A DNA stretch of 64,000 bases from contig JBBCJC010000002.1 in the NCBI GenBank assembly GCA_037189525.1, forward strand, positions 224,001 to 288,000, written 5' to 3'. Within the stretch, counting starts at the first letter, position 1. Every line of letters starts with the position of its first letter. Source of the stretch: Gemmatimonadales bacterium. Its GTDB lineage: Bacteria; Gemmatimonadota; Gemmatimonadetes; Gemmatimonadales; GWC2-71-9. The notes below the pieces were generated by a model. That model did no database searches. It was not told the origin of the DNA and saw only the letters and a list, made by a program, of their open reading frames with translations. Of this stretch, positions 39,242-47,571 are shown in pieces. The position numbers and the translations under genes were made by a program.

Positions 39242-39506
39242 ACCCGACCGTCACAGAGGACAAGGCTTCACGCTCGTCGAGCTTCTCGTTGTCGTTGTGA
39301 TCATCTCAATTGCCGTTGGTGGAGCCGCTATGAGCCTGACTGCCATAACCTCCGAGGCTTCGCCCACGATAACACCGGCCCTATGCCGCTCCGATGCAGT
39401 CAGGCGGCGTCAGGACGTACGTGCAGATTGGAATGGCCAGACGCTTCTCTGTCTCCCGGACGGCCGTGTCATCGGCCTCGGTGCGCGAGAGCTGGAAGGA
39501 GAATGA
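39225..39506 (+). CDS. Short minor pseudopilin (GspH-like)
   Basis: G|FTLVELLVVVVII prepilin motif. 93 aa. Located after gspF. Confidence 0.75.
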   Translation: MHCGRRPDRHRGQGFTLVELLVVVVIISIAVGGAAMSLTAITSEASPTITPALCRSDAVRRRQDVRADWNGQTLLCLPDGRVIGLGARELEGE

Positions 39507-39510
39507 TCTG

Positions 39511-39846
39511 GTGCCGCCGCGAACTAACGCCGGATTCTCACTGTTAGAGGTGTTGATTGCGCTGTCGATCGTGAGTATTGCGGGCCTAGCAGCGATATCC
39601 AAAGTAGGCGCCGCTGGTACCACACTGCGCGAGGTTGCCAGACGCGAAGCAGAAATGGAAGCCGCGCACAACCTGTTGGCAACGGCCATGACCTGGTCCC
39701 GCCGTGAACTCGACCAACGACTCGGCTCGACCCGATCTGGGGCTTTCGTCCTGAGTGTGAGTCGACCTCGATCCGGACTGTACCGCCTGGCCGTTCGCTC
39801 CGACCACGATCTGCTCGTGACAGTCGTCCACGTGGAGGCACCGTAG
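39511..39846 (+). CDS. Minor pseudopilin (GspI-like)
   Basis: G|FSLLEVLIALSIV. GTG start preceded by AAGGAG. Confidence 0.8.
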   Translation: MPPRTNAGFSLLEVLIALSIVSIAGLAAISKVGAAGTTLREVARREAEMEAAHNLLATAMTWSRRELDQRLGSTRSGAFVLSVSRPRSGLYRLAVRSDHDLLVTVVHVEAP

Positions 39847-39852
39847 CTTGTC

Positions 39853-40386
39853 ATGGCCAGCCGCCGGGGATTCACCCTATTGGAGGTACTCGTTGCGCTG
39901 ACCGTCTCCGGTGTGGTGCTGCTGACGGTTCATCAACTGGTCGTTGCAATGACGAGCTACCTGGACGACGTTCGCCGCTCATCCAGGACCCACAGCGCCG
40001 AGATGAACGGCCGCCGCTGGCTCCGATCGGCCTTGGCATCGACTATGTCGCCGACCGATTCATTCCCATTCGCCGGGACGAACGTATCCCTCACCTTTTC
40101 AGCTCGAGTACGGCAAGCAGGTGGCTGGTATGAGCTGGAGCGAATTCTGATTGATCTACAGGGCCGTGACCTCGTCGTGCAACGATCGTTGAGTGGGCGG
40201 CTGGTCCTGGCATCGCAGATCGAATCGATGACAATCGACTATTGGCTCGATGGCGAGTCGAGTCGGCCATGGCTCCGAGGATGGTTGTCATACGGGACCA
40301 TGCCTCACTTCGTCCGGTTCCGACTCAAACGCATCGATCGTTCGACGGTCGACACGTTGGTCTTGATGATTCGAGGCCGCCAATGA
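39853..40386 (+). CDS. Minor pseudopilin (GspJ-like)
   Basis: RRG|FTLLEVLVALTV. C-terminal W.....P..VR motif typical of GspJ. Confidence 0.82.
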   Translation: MASRRGFTLLEVLVALTVSGVVLLTVHQLVVAMTSYLDDVRRSSRTHSAEMNGRRWLRSALASTMSPTDSFPFAGTNVSLTFSARVRQAGGWYELERILIDLQGRDLVVQRSLSGRLVLASQIESMTIDYWLDGESSRPWLRGWLSYGTMPHFVRFRLKRIDRSTVDTLVLMIRGRQ

Positions 40387-41204
40387 ATCGAAACGGATCA
40401 GCCATGCTTGCTGCGCTATGGCTCCTGGCGCTTCTCGCTGCGATTGGGCATTGGGGCTTTCGAGAACTTGAGGACGACATCCGTGCTGCCATGAACCGAA
40501 TCAATCTGACGAAGGCTGCTTGGGCACGTGACGCCTGCCTGGAAATTGCCAAGGGCGACTTTCGCGACCTCTGGGCGTCGACCATGCGCAATGGTACCGA
40601 TGAGCCACGTCAACTGACGATGACACAGCTTCGGCAGCTTGACCAGGACTCGATTGCGCTGGCGGAGGGAGTCTGGTGCCGAATGATTTTCACCGATGTC
40701 AATGCCCGGCTCAATCCCAACATGATCGACTCCTCTACGGTCAATTGCCTCGTGGAAGAGGATGATCTCGTGTCACGCTGGATAAATCATCGCCCTCATG
40801 CATCCGTCGAAGCGCTCGCACAGACCCTTGCACTTGATTCGGCCCGTGTCATCGGGCTTCGTGATGTCGTTTCGGTATACAGTACCGGCTCCCTCAATGT
40901 GAATACGGCATCTGCTCAAGCCCTCGCGTGCGCCATTGGTGTGTCGGAGGCATCCGTAAGGGCAGTAATCCACGCCCGGGAACAGTATCGGGGGTTTGTC
41001 ACGGTAGAAGACGCACTCGCTGCGATCCCGATCGCCGACCGACCCCTGCATACCGCTATCGTCGTTCCACTGACGACATCCGTGATTCGCTTCGTCGTGA
41101 ACGTTTCCGGCACGGCAGGGCAACCCCCTGTCCATGCCACGGCAACGGTCCAAGGCACCACATCGGACCACCGGATGCTCATTTTTCAGAGAGAGGCCGA
41201 ATGA
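40383..41204 (+). CDS. Minor pseudopilin GspK-like
   Basis: RNG|SAMLAALWLLALL (no E5, as in GspK). D.NARLNPN and LNVNTAS motifs. ATGA overlap. Confidence 0.8.
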   Translation: MNRNGSAMLAALWLLALLAAIGHWGFRELEDDIRAAMNRINLTKAAWARDACLEIAKGDFRDLWASTMRNGTDEPRQLTMTQLRQLDQDSIALAEGVWCRMIFTDVNARLNPNMIDSSTVNCLVEEDDLVSRWINHRPHASVEALAQTLALDSARVIGLRDVVSVYSTGSLNVNTASAQALACAIGVSEASVRAVIHAREQYRGFVTVEDALAAIPIADRPLHTAIVVPLTTSVIRFVVNVSGTAGQPPVHATATVQGTTSDHRMLIFQREAE

Positions 41205-42100
41205 AAGGCCCCATCCGCCTGCGAATCGCCTCCGCTCCGACTCCCGGCAGCGCAATCGATGATCTCCTTCAGTCAGTGGGGTCGGCGCCACGACGTGTGG
41301 TCGTGGTACTTGGCGATGCGTTGGTACAGCGCCGCCGCCTCACCGATCTGCCGCCGGCACGTCGATCGACTACCCGGCGGCTGGCTCAACGACACAGCAC
41401 ACGGTACTTCCGCATTCGAGATGGGGGCGTCCTTGTCGATCTCGTGCCGGAGATGCCGTCAGGTCGGGAAAAGGCGTGGCTGGCCGCCGCCGCCCCAGGC
41501 GAACTCGTCGATTCGCTCCTGGCAGCGGCCACTCGCCTCGGCTACTTCATCGAGGATGTCATACCGGATACCAGAGCAGGGTGGTCCGGCCTCAGCTTCC
41601 TTCCCGCCTCCGAGCAGTGGAGGCGACTGAAGCAGCATTGGAAGAACACGGCACATATCGCTCTTGGGGTGTTGTTGATCGTCGCGATGGCGTGGACCGC
41701 TTCATTTGTAATGCGGTGGCGCATCGTTCGGCAGTTGGACTCCGGATTAGCGAGTGTCGATAGTGTGGTGGCTGCCGTAAGCGAAGCCCGTGCAGCGTAC
41801 GGCATGCTGCACGAGTTGACGACAACGATGCAGCAAGCCCAAGGCGACCGCAACAAGCTCAGTGCCCTGATGACGGCTGTTGTCCGCGCGCTCCCCGATT
41901 CTGTGGTTTTAACCACAATGTCTCTCGATCTCTCGGGGACTGGTCGGCTCGCCGGGTTTGCTGAAGAGGCGCTCGCCGTCAACGCCGCACTTCACCAGGT
42001 GCCCGGTCTCGTGAACCTTCAGCTAGAGGGCGTACCAGTCGTAGACGCAACCGGTGGGCGCAGCTGGATGCGTTTTGCCCTTCGCTCGGTACAACCGTGA
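41201..42100 (+). CDS. GspL/PilN-like assembly protein
   Basis: Cytoplasmic region, single TM, coiled coil, then ALPDSVVLTTM...LAGFA (PilN-like). Confidence 0.7.
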   Translation: MKGPIRLRIASAPTPGSAIDDLLQSVGSAPRRVVVVLGDALVQRRRLTDLPPARRSTTRRLAQRHSTRYFRIRDGGVLVDLVPEMPSGREKAWLAAAAPGELVDSLLAAATRLGYFIEDVIPDTRAGWSGLSFLPASEQWRRLKQHWKNTAHIALGVLLIVAMAWTASFVMRWRIVRQLDSGLASVDSVVAAVSEARAAYGMLHELTTTMQQAQGDRNKLSALMTAVVRALPDSVVLTTMSLDLSGTGRLAGFAEEALAVNAALHQVPGLVNLQLEGVPVVDATGGRSWMRFALRSVQP

Positions 42101-42654
42101 CTCCGATTCGTCTTCACAGTCGTGTCGCTGGCCTCCTCGGTTTGGGCGTAGTTCTCGTGCTCGGCACCCGCGGAGTGTCCCACGCCGAGCGGACCTTGCA
42201 GACGCGCCGAGAGGTTGCCGAACTGCGAATTGCTCGCCAGCACCTTGCACTTCGTACGCTGAGCGAGATCGAAGCAGGTCGGGGTCGGACGGATTCACTC
42301 GTCCAGGCGTTTCAGGAGGCTGTCATACCAGCTGCAGAGTGGGAGTCTGGCGCTGCAGAGCTGGGAACTCTCGTACGGGAAGCATTGATGCGATTCGGTG
42401 CTGTGATCGAGTCTATATCTCCGGTGCCTCGGGACACGACATTAGGGTCTGTTGTGAAGCCTGTATCAATCCGTGTGGTATTTCAATCGGAATTGCAGGG
42501 CGTGGTCGACCTGTTCGCTTATGTCAACCGCGCTCGGACAATACTCGTTCCTCGATCGATTCAGATTGTGTCGACCGACGCATTTGCAGAATCGAGTGTA
42601 CCCGAGGTGCTCAAGGTTGAGCTTGTTATCACCGGATGGTACATCAACCGATGA
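42097..42654 (+). CDS. GspM/PilO-like assembly protein
   Basis: N-terminal TM, coiled coil, ferredoxin-like C-terminus (VSIRVVFQSELQGVVDLF). GTGA overlap. Confidence 0.65.
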   Translation: MTPIRLHSRVAGLLGLGVVLVLGTRGVSHAERTLQTRREVAELRIARQHLALRTLSEIEAGRGRTDSLVQAFQEAVIPAAEWESGAAELGTLVREALMRFGAVIESISPVPRDTTLGSVVKPVSIRVVFQSELQGVVDLFAYVNRARTILVPRSIQIVSTDAFAESSVPEVLKVELVITGWYINR

Positions 42655-43145
42655 GAACGCTGATGATACTCTCCTACGTTGTGAGAGGATGTTTGATCCT
42701 TGGCTGCATCGTATCGATTGTCAAGGTTGCGACGCTAGGCCGGGATGTGCGGACCGCATCCGCGACGGCCCACAATGCAGATGCCATGTCTGACAGCCCT
42801 ACCCCAGGCGCGGACAGTCTTTCGCTGGTCATCGTGAGTCAGCGAGCACCATTTCGCGTCAACCGGTTCGTACCAGCCACTGTGCCGCCGGTCGGTACCC
42901 CAAGCCAAGCTAGCCAGACTGATGATGTGGCTGCAGCACGTATAACCGGCTTTGTGATGGGCCCCCGGGTCATGGCAGTCATCGAGGGCATTCCTGGCAT
43001 TTCCCCATCTGTGGCCGTCCGCGCGGGCGACAAGGTCGGTAACTGGTTAGTTCGCGGCATCTCGAAGAGCGGGGTCGTGCTCGAACGATCCGGACGGGTC
43101 GTTCGACTGACGCTGCCCGAGCTTACACGGGGGAAAGGCCAATGA
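42651..43145 (+). CDS. Single-TM hypothetical protein in GspC/PilP position
   Basis: TM, Pro-rich linker, then ITGFVMG..AVIEG...VRAGDKVG.W.VRGI (GspC HR/PilP-like). Coupled to gspD. Confidence 0.55.
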   Translation: MRTLMILSYVVRGCLILGCIVSIVKVATLGRDVRTASATAHNADAMSDSPTPGADSLSLVIVSQRAPFRVNRFVPATVPPVGTPSQASQTDDVAAARITGFVMGPRVMAVIEGIPGISPSVAVRAGDKVGNWLVRGISKSGVVLERSGRVVRLTLPELTRGKGQ

Positions 43146-44590
43146 GATCTGTGCTGCATGTCTGGGTAGCGCTGGCGTGTTTGCATCCGGGTCTCGGTTA
43201 TGGCCAGGACAGCACTAGTGTCCGGATCTCCGGCGACAGCATCGTCGTTCGAATGATCGACACCGACCTGCGAGCGGCGGTTCAAGCGATGGGGGCACTT
43301 CTCGATAAACCGCTCATCGTCGGCATGTTGGAGCCGTCCACTCGAATCAGCTTTGAAACGCCGCATCCGGTTCCGCGATCCCAGCTTCCCGCGCTGCTAC
43401 GAGGGCTCGTCGAGACCAGAGGCCTGCAATGGTCCGAGGACTCGCTATTCTATCGAGTCGTTCAACCCAATCCTGGTGGACAGGCCGATCAGCGCTCGGA
43501 GCCTGTTGCCCGCGGAAGTACCCAGCTCTTTGTGATACGCCTTCGCCATGCCAGAGCGACGGATGTGGCCGCGACAGTCAATCTGCTTTTCGGCGGACTC
43601 GGTGAGTTCAGTGGACAACGGGGGTTGTCGACTGGCACGCTCTCCGAGCAACTGAATCGTGCAGCCGCCCCACCAAACCAGGCCGAAGGCGTCAGACCAG
43701 GCGTGCCACCGCAAGGGCGCGCTGAGCTCGCGGGCTCTGTGACACTGGTACCGGACGAGATCACCAATTCGCTGCTAATCCGGGCAACCGAGTCAGACTT
43801 TCAGGTGATCAGCGAGGCCGTGAAGCAGCTCGATATCCGCCCGCTCCAAGTATTGATCGAGGTATTGATCGTCGAGTTGAGAAAGGACCGGAGCTTTAGC
43901 TTTGGTACGACGGCCGACTGGAGTCGTGACAACGGAGCATCGTCGTATGAGGCCGGGTTTGGTAATGCGATGGCCGGGGACATCGTCGTACGGTTCATGC
44001 GAATGGCACGCAGCGATGTAAGTGCACTCATCGGCGCAGCACAATCCCGCGGCGATGTCGACATCGTCTCCCGACCTGTCGTCCTAGCGTCGAACAACAC
44101 GGAGTCACATTTCATGGTAGGGTCGCAGCGCCCGTTCGTGCAAGTGAGCCGGTCCCTGCCCACCGATGTCCCCAGTCGTGATCAGGTGGTGCAGTACCGC
44201 GACGTCGGTACCAAGCTGACCGTTCGGCCGACCATCAACGATGACGGGTACGTCTCCTTGCTCCTGCAACAGGAGATCAGTGGTGCTACCGATGAAAGCC
44301 AGTTTGGAGCGCCGATACTCTCGACCAGAGAGGCCAGAACCCAGGTCCTGGTCAAGGATGGGCAAACCATCGTGATCGGCGGGCTACGCGATCGGCAGCG
44401 AGACCGGACCAGCTCTGGTATTCCGATTCTTTCATCACTCCCGCTCGTTGGCGGCCTGTTCGGCGGGACACGCCGTCGGTCGATTGAGACGGAACTCTTC
44501 CTATTTCTAACGCCGACCATCATCAGAAGCGACGACGATGTAGACACGATCACCACACCACGAATTCCTGAACTGATCAAGAAGCAGTGA
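43142..44590 (+). CDS. gspD: Type II secretion secretin GspD
   Basis: Signal peptide. LRHARA, DEITNSLLI, LDIRPLQVLIEVLIVE, YRDVGTKLTVRP, VKDGQTIVIGGL, GIPILSSLPLVGGLF, ELFLFLTPTII. Confidence 0.95.
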   Translation: MRSVLHVWVALACLHPGLGYGQDSTSVRISGDSIVVRMIDTDLRAAVQAMGALLDKPLIVGMLEPSTRISFETPHPVPRSQLPALLRGLVETRGLQWSEDSLFYRVVQPNPGGQADQRSEPVARGSTQLFVIRLRHARATDVAATVNLLFGGLGEFSGQRGLSTGTLSEQLNRAAAPPNQAEGVRPGVPPQGRAELAGSVTLVPDEITNSLLIRATESDFQVISEAVKQLDIRPLQVLIEVLIVELRKDRSFSFGTTADWSRDNGASSYEAGFGNAMAGDIVVRFMRMARSDVSALIGAAQSRGDVDIVSRPVVLASNNTESHFMVGSQRPFVQVSRSLPTDVPSRDQVVQYRDVGTKLTVRPTINDDGYVSLLLQQEISGATDESQFGAPILSTREARTQVLVKDGQTIVIGGLRDRQRDRTSSGIPILSSLPLVGGLFGGTRRRSIETELFLFLTPTIIRSDDDVDTITTPRIPELIKKQ

Positions 44591-44614
44591 ACGCCACGTC
44601 TGGAACGGATCATC

Positions 44615-45670
44615 ATGACAATGTTTCACGTTCCCGGGCCGCGACCTGCTGCCCGTGATGCAGAGATCTCGCGCGACCTTATCGCCGAAACAGCCGAAAC
44701 ATCCATACTAGGAACCTCACCCGAGATACGGTATGCTGTCGCAACTGCGAGGCGCCTTGCCAAAGGCGACTTACCAATCCTACTCATCGGCGCGACAGGA
44801 ACCGGGAAAGAACTGTTCGCAAGGGAAATCCATCGATGGAGTGGACGGTCGGGCGCTCTCGTCGATGTGAATTGTGCGGCCATTCCCCGCGAACTCGTCG
44901 AAGGCACCTTGTATGGTCATCGGAAGGGGGCGTTCAGCGGTGCCATTGAAAGTGTCTCAGGTCTGATCGAGGACGCGAACGACGGCACATTATTTCTCGA
45001 TGAGCTTTGCAGTATGCCCTATGAGTCGCAGGGCAAGCTCCTTCGAGTCCTAGACAGCAAGGATTTCCGCCGAGTCGGCGAGACGAATAAGCGGAAAAGC
45101 CGCTTTCGCGTCGTGGCGGCAGTCCAGGAGAATGTGGGTGACAAGGTCGCCGATGGCTCGGTCCGGTATGACCTGATCCAGCGAGTGGCTGGCGCGGTGC
45201 TTACGCTACCACCTCTCGACCAGCGTCGAGGCGATGTCGTACTATTGGCCCGCTATTTCGCCGCCCGGGCCGGTGTCGAACTCGCACAGAGTGCCGAACC
45301 AGTCCTGCTCGGCTACCCGTGGCCTGGGAACGTGCGTGAACTACGGAGCGCCATCGAGCGCGCTGTCTTTCTCATCGATGAGAGCGTGCTCGATGGTCGG
45401 GCTATGGCCGAATCGCTTGGGCTTGGAACGGCAATACTCCACATGCCGAACGGCGGAGCACCCCGGCAAACGGCGATACCTGTTACAGTGCGGGATCGCC
45501 TCCTCGACGTATGCGCGGCCAACGATTGGAATGCGGAGCGCGCGGCGGTAGCGCTGGGCCTTGGCCGGACCACTTTCTTCAAGCAGCTGCAACTGCACGG
45601 GATCTCACTCAGGAAGGAACGGTCATCCATCGAGCATAGGGCCTTGAGCGATCATGAGCCCAAACGATGA
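44615..45670 (+). CDS. Second sigma54-dependent activator lacking a sensor domain
   Basis: GATGTGKELFAR, VNCAAIP, GAFSGA, LFLDE, QGKLLRVL, WPGNVREL, C-terminal HTH. Confidence 0.9.
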   Translation: MTMFHVPGPRPAARDAEISRDLIAETAETSILGTSPEIRYAVATARRLAKGDLPILLIGATGTGKELFAREIHRWSGRSGALVDVNCAAIPRELVEGTLYGHRKGAFSGAIESVSGLIEDANDGTLFLDELCSMPYESQGKLLRVLDSKDFRRVGETNKRKSRFRVVAAVQENVGDKVADGSVRYDLIQRVAGAVLTLPPLDQRRGDVVLLARYFAARAGVELAQSAEPVLLGYPWPGNVRELRSAIERAVFLIDESVLDGRAMAESLGLGTAILHMPNGGAPRQTAIPVTVRDRLLDVCAANDWNAERAAVALGLGRTTFFKQLQLHGISLRKERSSIEHRALSDHEPKR

Positions 45671-45854
45671 GGACAAGATCAACCAGAAGGTTTCACGCAG
45701 TGAGGCGTACTTCACGCCTTATGCGGCCATTTTGCCCCGTACGAGTTTTCGAGGGAGCGTGGCCGGGCACCTTCGGGCTCGCAGCGTCCCGACCGAGACC
45801 ACGCCGCGGCGAGACATCGAATAGCCACCTGGCAATGGAGTACTGTTACCCAAT

Positions 45855-46499
45855 CTAGGGGCCAGGATCATCGCCGAGGTCATTGAGCGTCTCGTACTGC
45901 AAGATCTCCACCCGAACATCGGCGAATGAGCGAGTAACCCCCACAGCATTGACCGTAGTCAGTGTTCCCCAGCTGGGAAACTGTAGACCGGTGTACACTT
46001 CGAAGTACTCCCGGACACATTTGACAGGTAGTCGCTTCGACGGTTGCCCCACAGAGTGGGCCGGGCACTCAAATGCAAGACGCTCCCCTTCCGCAAGGTA
46101 GTGCCACTTATCCCCGTCATCCAAACTTAGAACGCTTCGAAGCTTCTGACCCTTCTCGTAGATGTGGAATTGCCGTCGCAGCTCACGCGCTGTTACGGCG
46201 ATTCCGCGGCAACCCTCGGCCCGACTTATGGCAAGCGTATTCACATTACAGTTCTCGTCCTTCATATCGGTCAGAATTAGGGACCAGGCGCCGAAGTCAA
46301 CAACGGCATAGGTCGTCGGAAACGACTTGACCGGACTGAGGTGTGCGGCAAGAGCGGTGAGGCCGCAGAGCGGTGCTTCATGTACCGGGCCAAAGCGTCG
46401 GAGTGACTCGGCCAGAGCCTTCGTTGCCATGTCAGCGGGTAGATCCACCGACGCAAATCCAGCAAACTGCTGAGTAAGTCGAACACGCTCGCTCACCAA
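45855..46499 (-). CDS. Hypothetical protein, probable orphan immunity protein
   Basis: Intact 214-aa ORF immediately downstream of a decayed RHS C-terminal toxin fragment. No recognised family. Confidence 0.55.
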   Translation of the reverse strand: MVSERVRLTQQFAGFASVDLPADMATKALAESLRRFGPVHEAPLCGLTALAAHLSPVKSFPTTYAVVDFGAWSLILTDMKDENCNVNTLAISRAEGCRGIAVTARELRRQFHIYEKGQKLRSVLSLDDGDKWHYLAEGERLAFECPAHSVGQPSKRLPVKCVREYFEVYTGLQFPSWGTLTTVNAVGVTRSFADVRVEILQYETLNDLGDDPGP

Positions 46500-46589
46500 G
46501 TCGCTCCCGCATGAAGTCGAGGCTAATTAGGATAGGACGCCCGGCACGTTTCATGGCCACAGGATAATGAAAGCGTTTCGCGCGTTGGG

Positions 46590-47125
46590 TTCGCTTCGGT
46601 TCACGATGGCGCGATGACGAGCACTCGCCGCAGCACTGTTGCTGTTCCGACTGAGTGGTCCCTGTACGCCGTACGTCGTTTAGAGAGCCGCCGCACATCC
46701 GACTGGCGAGGTCAACAATGTTGTTGATGAAGGCACCAAACTGCTTGGTAGTCCGAACCCCGAGAGACCCCAAAATCCCCTCGCTCCAAGACATGTTGAC
46801 GAATGGGTGCCCAACCGCGATACGTCCGAGCTTACGTGATCCGACGATCGTTCCAATGTGGTCGCGGCCAAGCCGATGCGGCTGATCTCTCGCCGGTCAG
46901 CAGGTCGTGGCCTAGCAACGCACCCACGATGTCTATAGGGTCCCCAGCAACCGGAATGAATCCAAAGCCGATCGCAGACGCATCGAACACGGTCGCCCAC
47001 TGATGACCTCGGGACACATCCCAAAACGGGGCAGAGAAGTTGGCGGGGTTCCGTTGACGAAGGCGTAGAGGTTGAGCCCGCCGGCGGCGAGGCCGATTGG
47101 GCATTTCTGCGTGAACCACCTGAGG
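46590..47125 (-). pseudogene. Decayed orphan RHS C-terminal toxin module
   Basis: FTQKCPIGLAAGGLNLYAF...NPANFSAPF mirrors the intact RHS core end FTQEDPIGLAGGLNLYGF...DPVNFSDPFG. Other frames continue with GFIPVAGDPIDI..GHDLLTGE (pre-toxin-TG-like), GHPF/HVLERGDF/LGVRTTKQF and RRTAYRDHSVGT. Multiple frameshifts. Confidence 0.75.
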
Positions 47126-47192
47126 CTAGACCGCCCGACCGATCTTATTACGAGAGAGTCCAAGCCTATGGGCCAGGACTCTCTCGCACCCT

Positions 47193-47543
47193 TCACCATA
47201 CGGCAAGCGGCTTATTCTCACCGGAAAGGAAGTGCGCCCACTCCCCACCACGCTGGTCATTCGGCCCCAAGGGAATGACCAACCGATCCCCGGAACTGAA
47301 GTCGACCTCAATAGCTGCTGCACCAGCCACGGCGCGTGCTACGCGACTTCCGATCAGTTCGCAGAGCGCGTCGCGGGACCCCCCTGCCGGGAACCTGATT
47401 TCGCGAGCGCCTCGTCGAATGAGCGGGTGTGCGATACACCGGAGGATCCGCCCGTGAAAATGGATCTCTACGTAGTCCATCACGAAGCTCACAGCGCTTA
47501 CCTCTTCCCCCAGCAGCTCGTCCAGCGGGTTCTTCTCAGTCAT
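47193..47543 (-). CDS. Probable cognate immunity protein of the RHS toxin
   Basis: 116-aa ORF with a GGAGG RBS starting 28 nt after the RHS stop. Confidence 0.7.
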   Translation of the reverse strand: MTEKNPLDELLGEEVSAVSFVMDYVEIHFHGRILRCIAHPLIRRGAREIRFPAGGSRDALCELIGSRVARAVAGAAAIEVDFSSGDRLVIPLGPNDQRGGEWAHFLSGENKPLAVW

Positions 47544-47571
47544 TCCCCCCTCCCAGCAATTGCCCGTTTCG

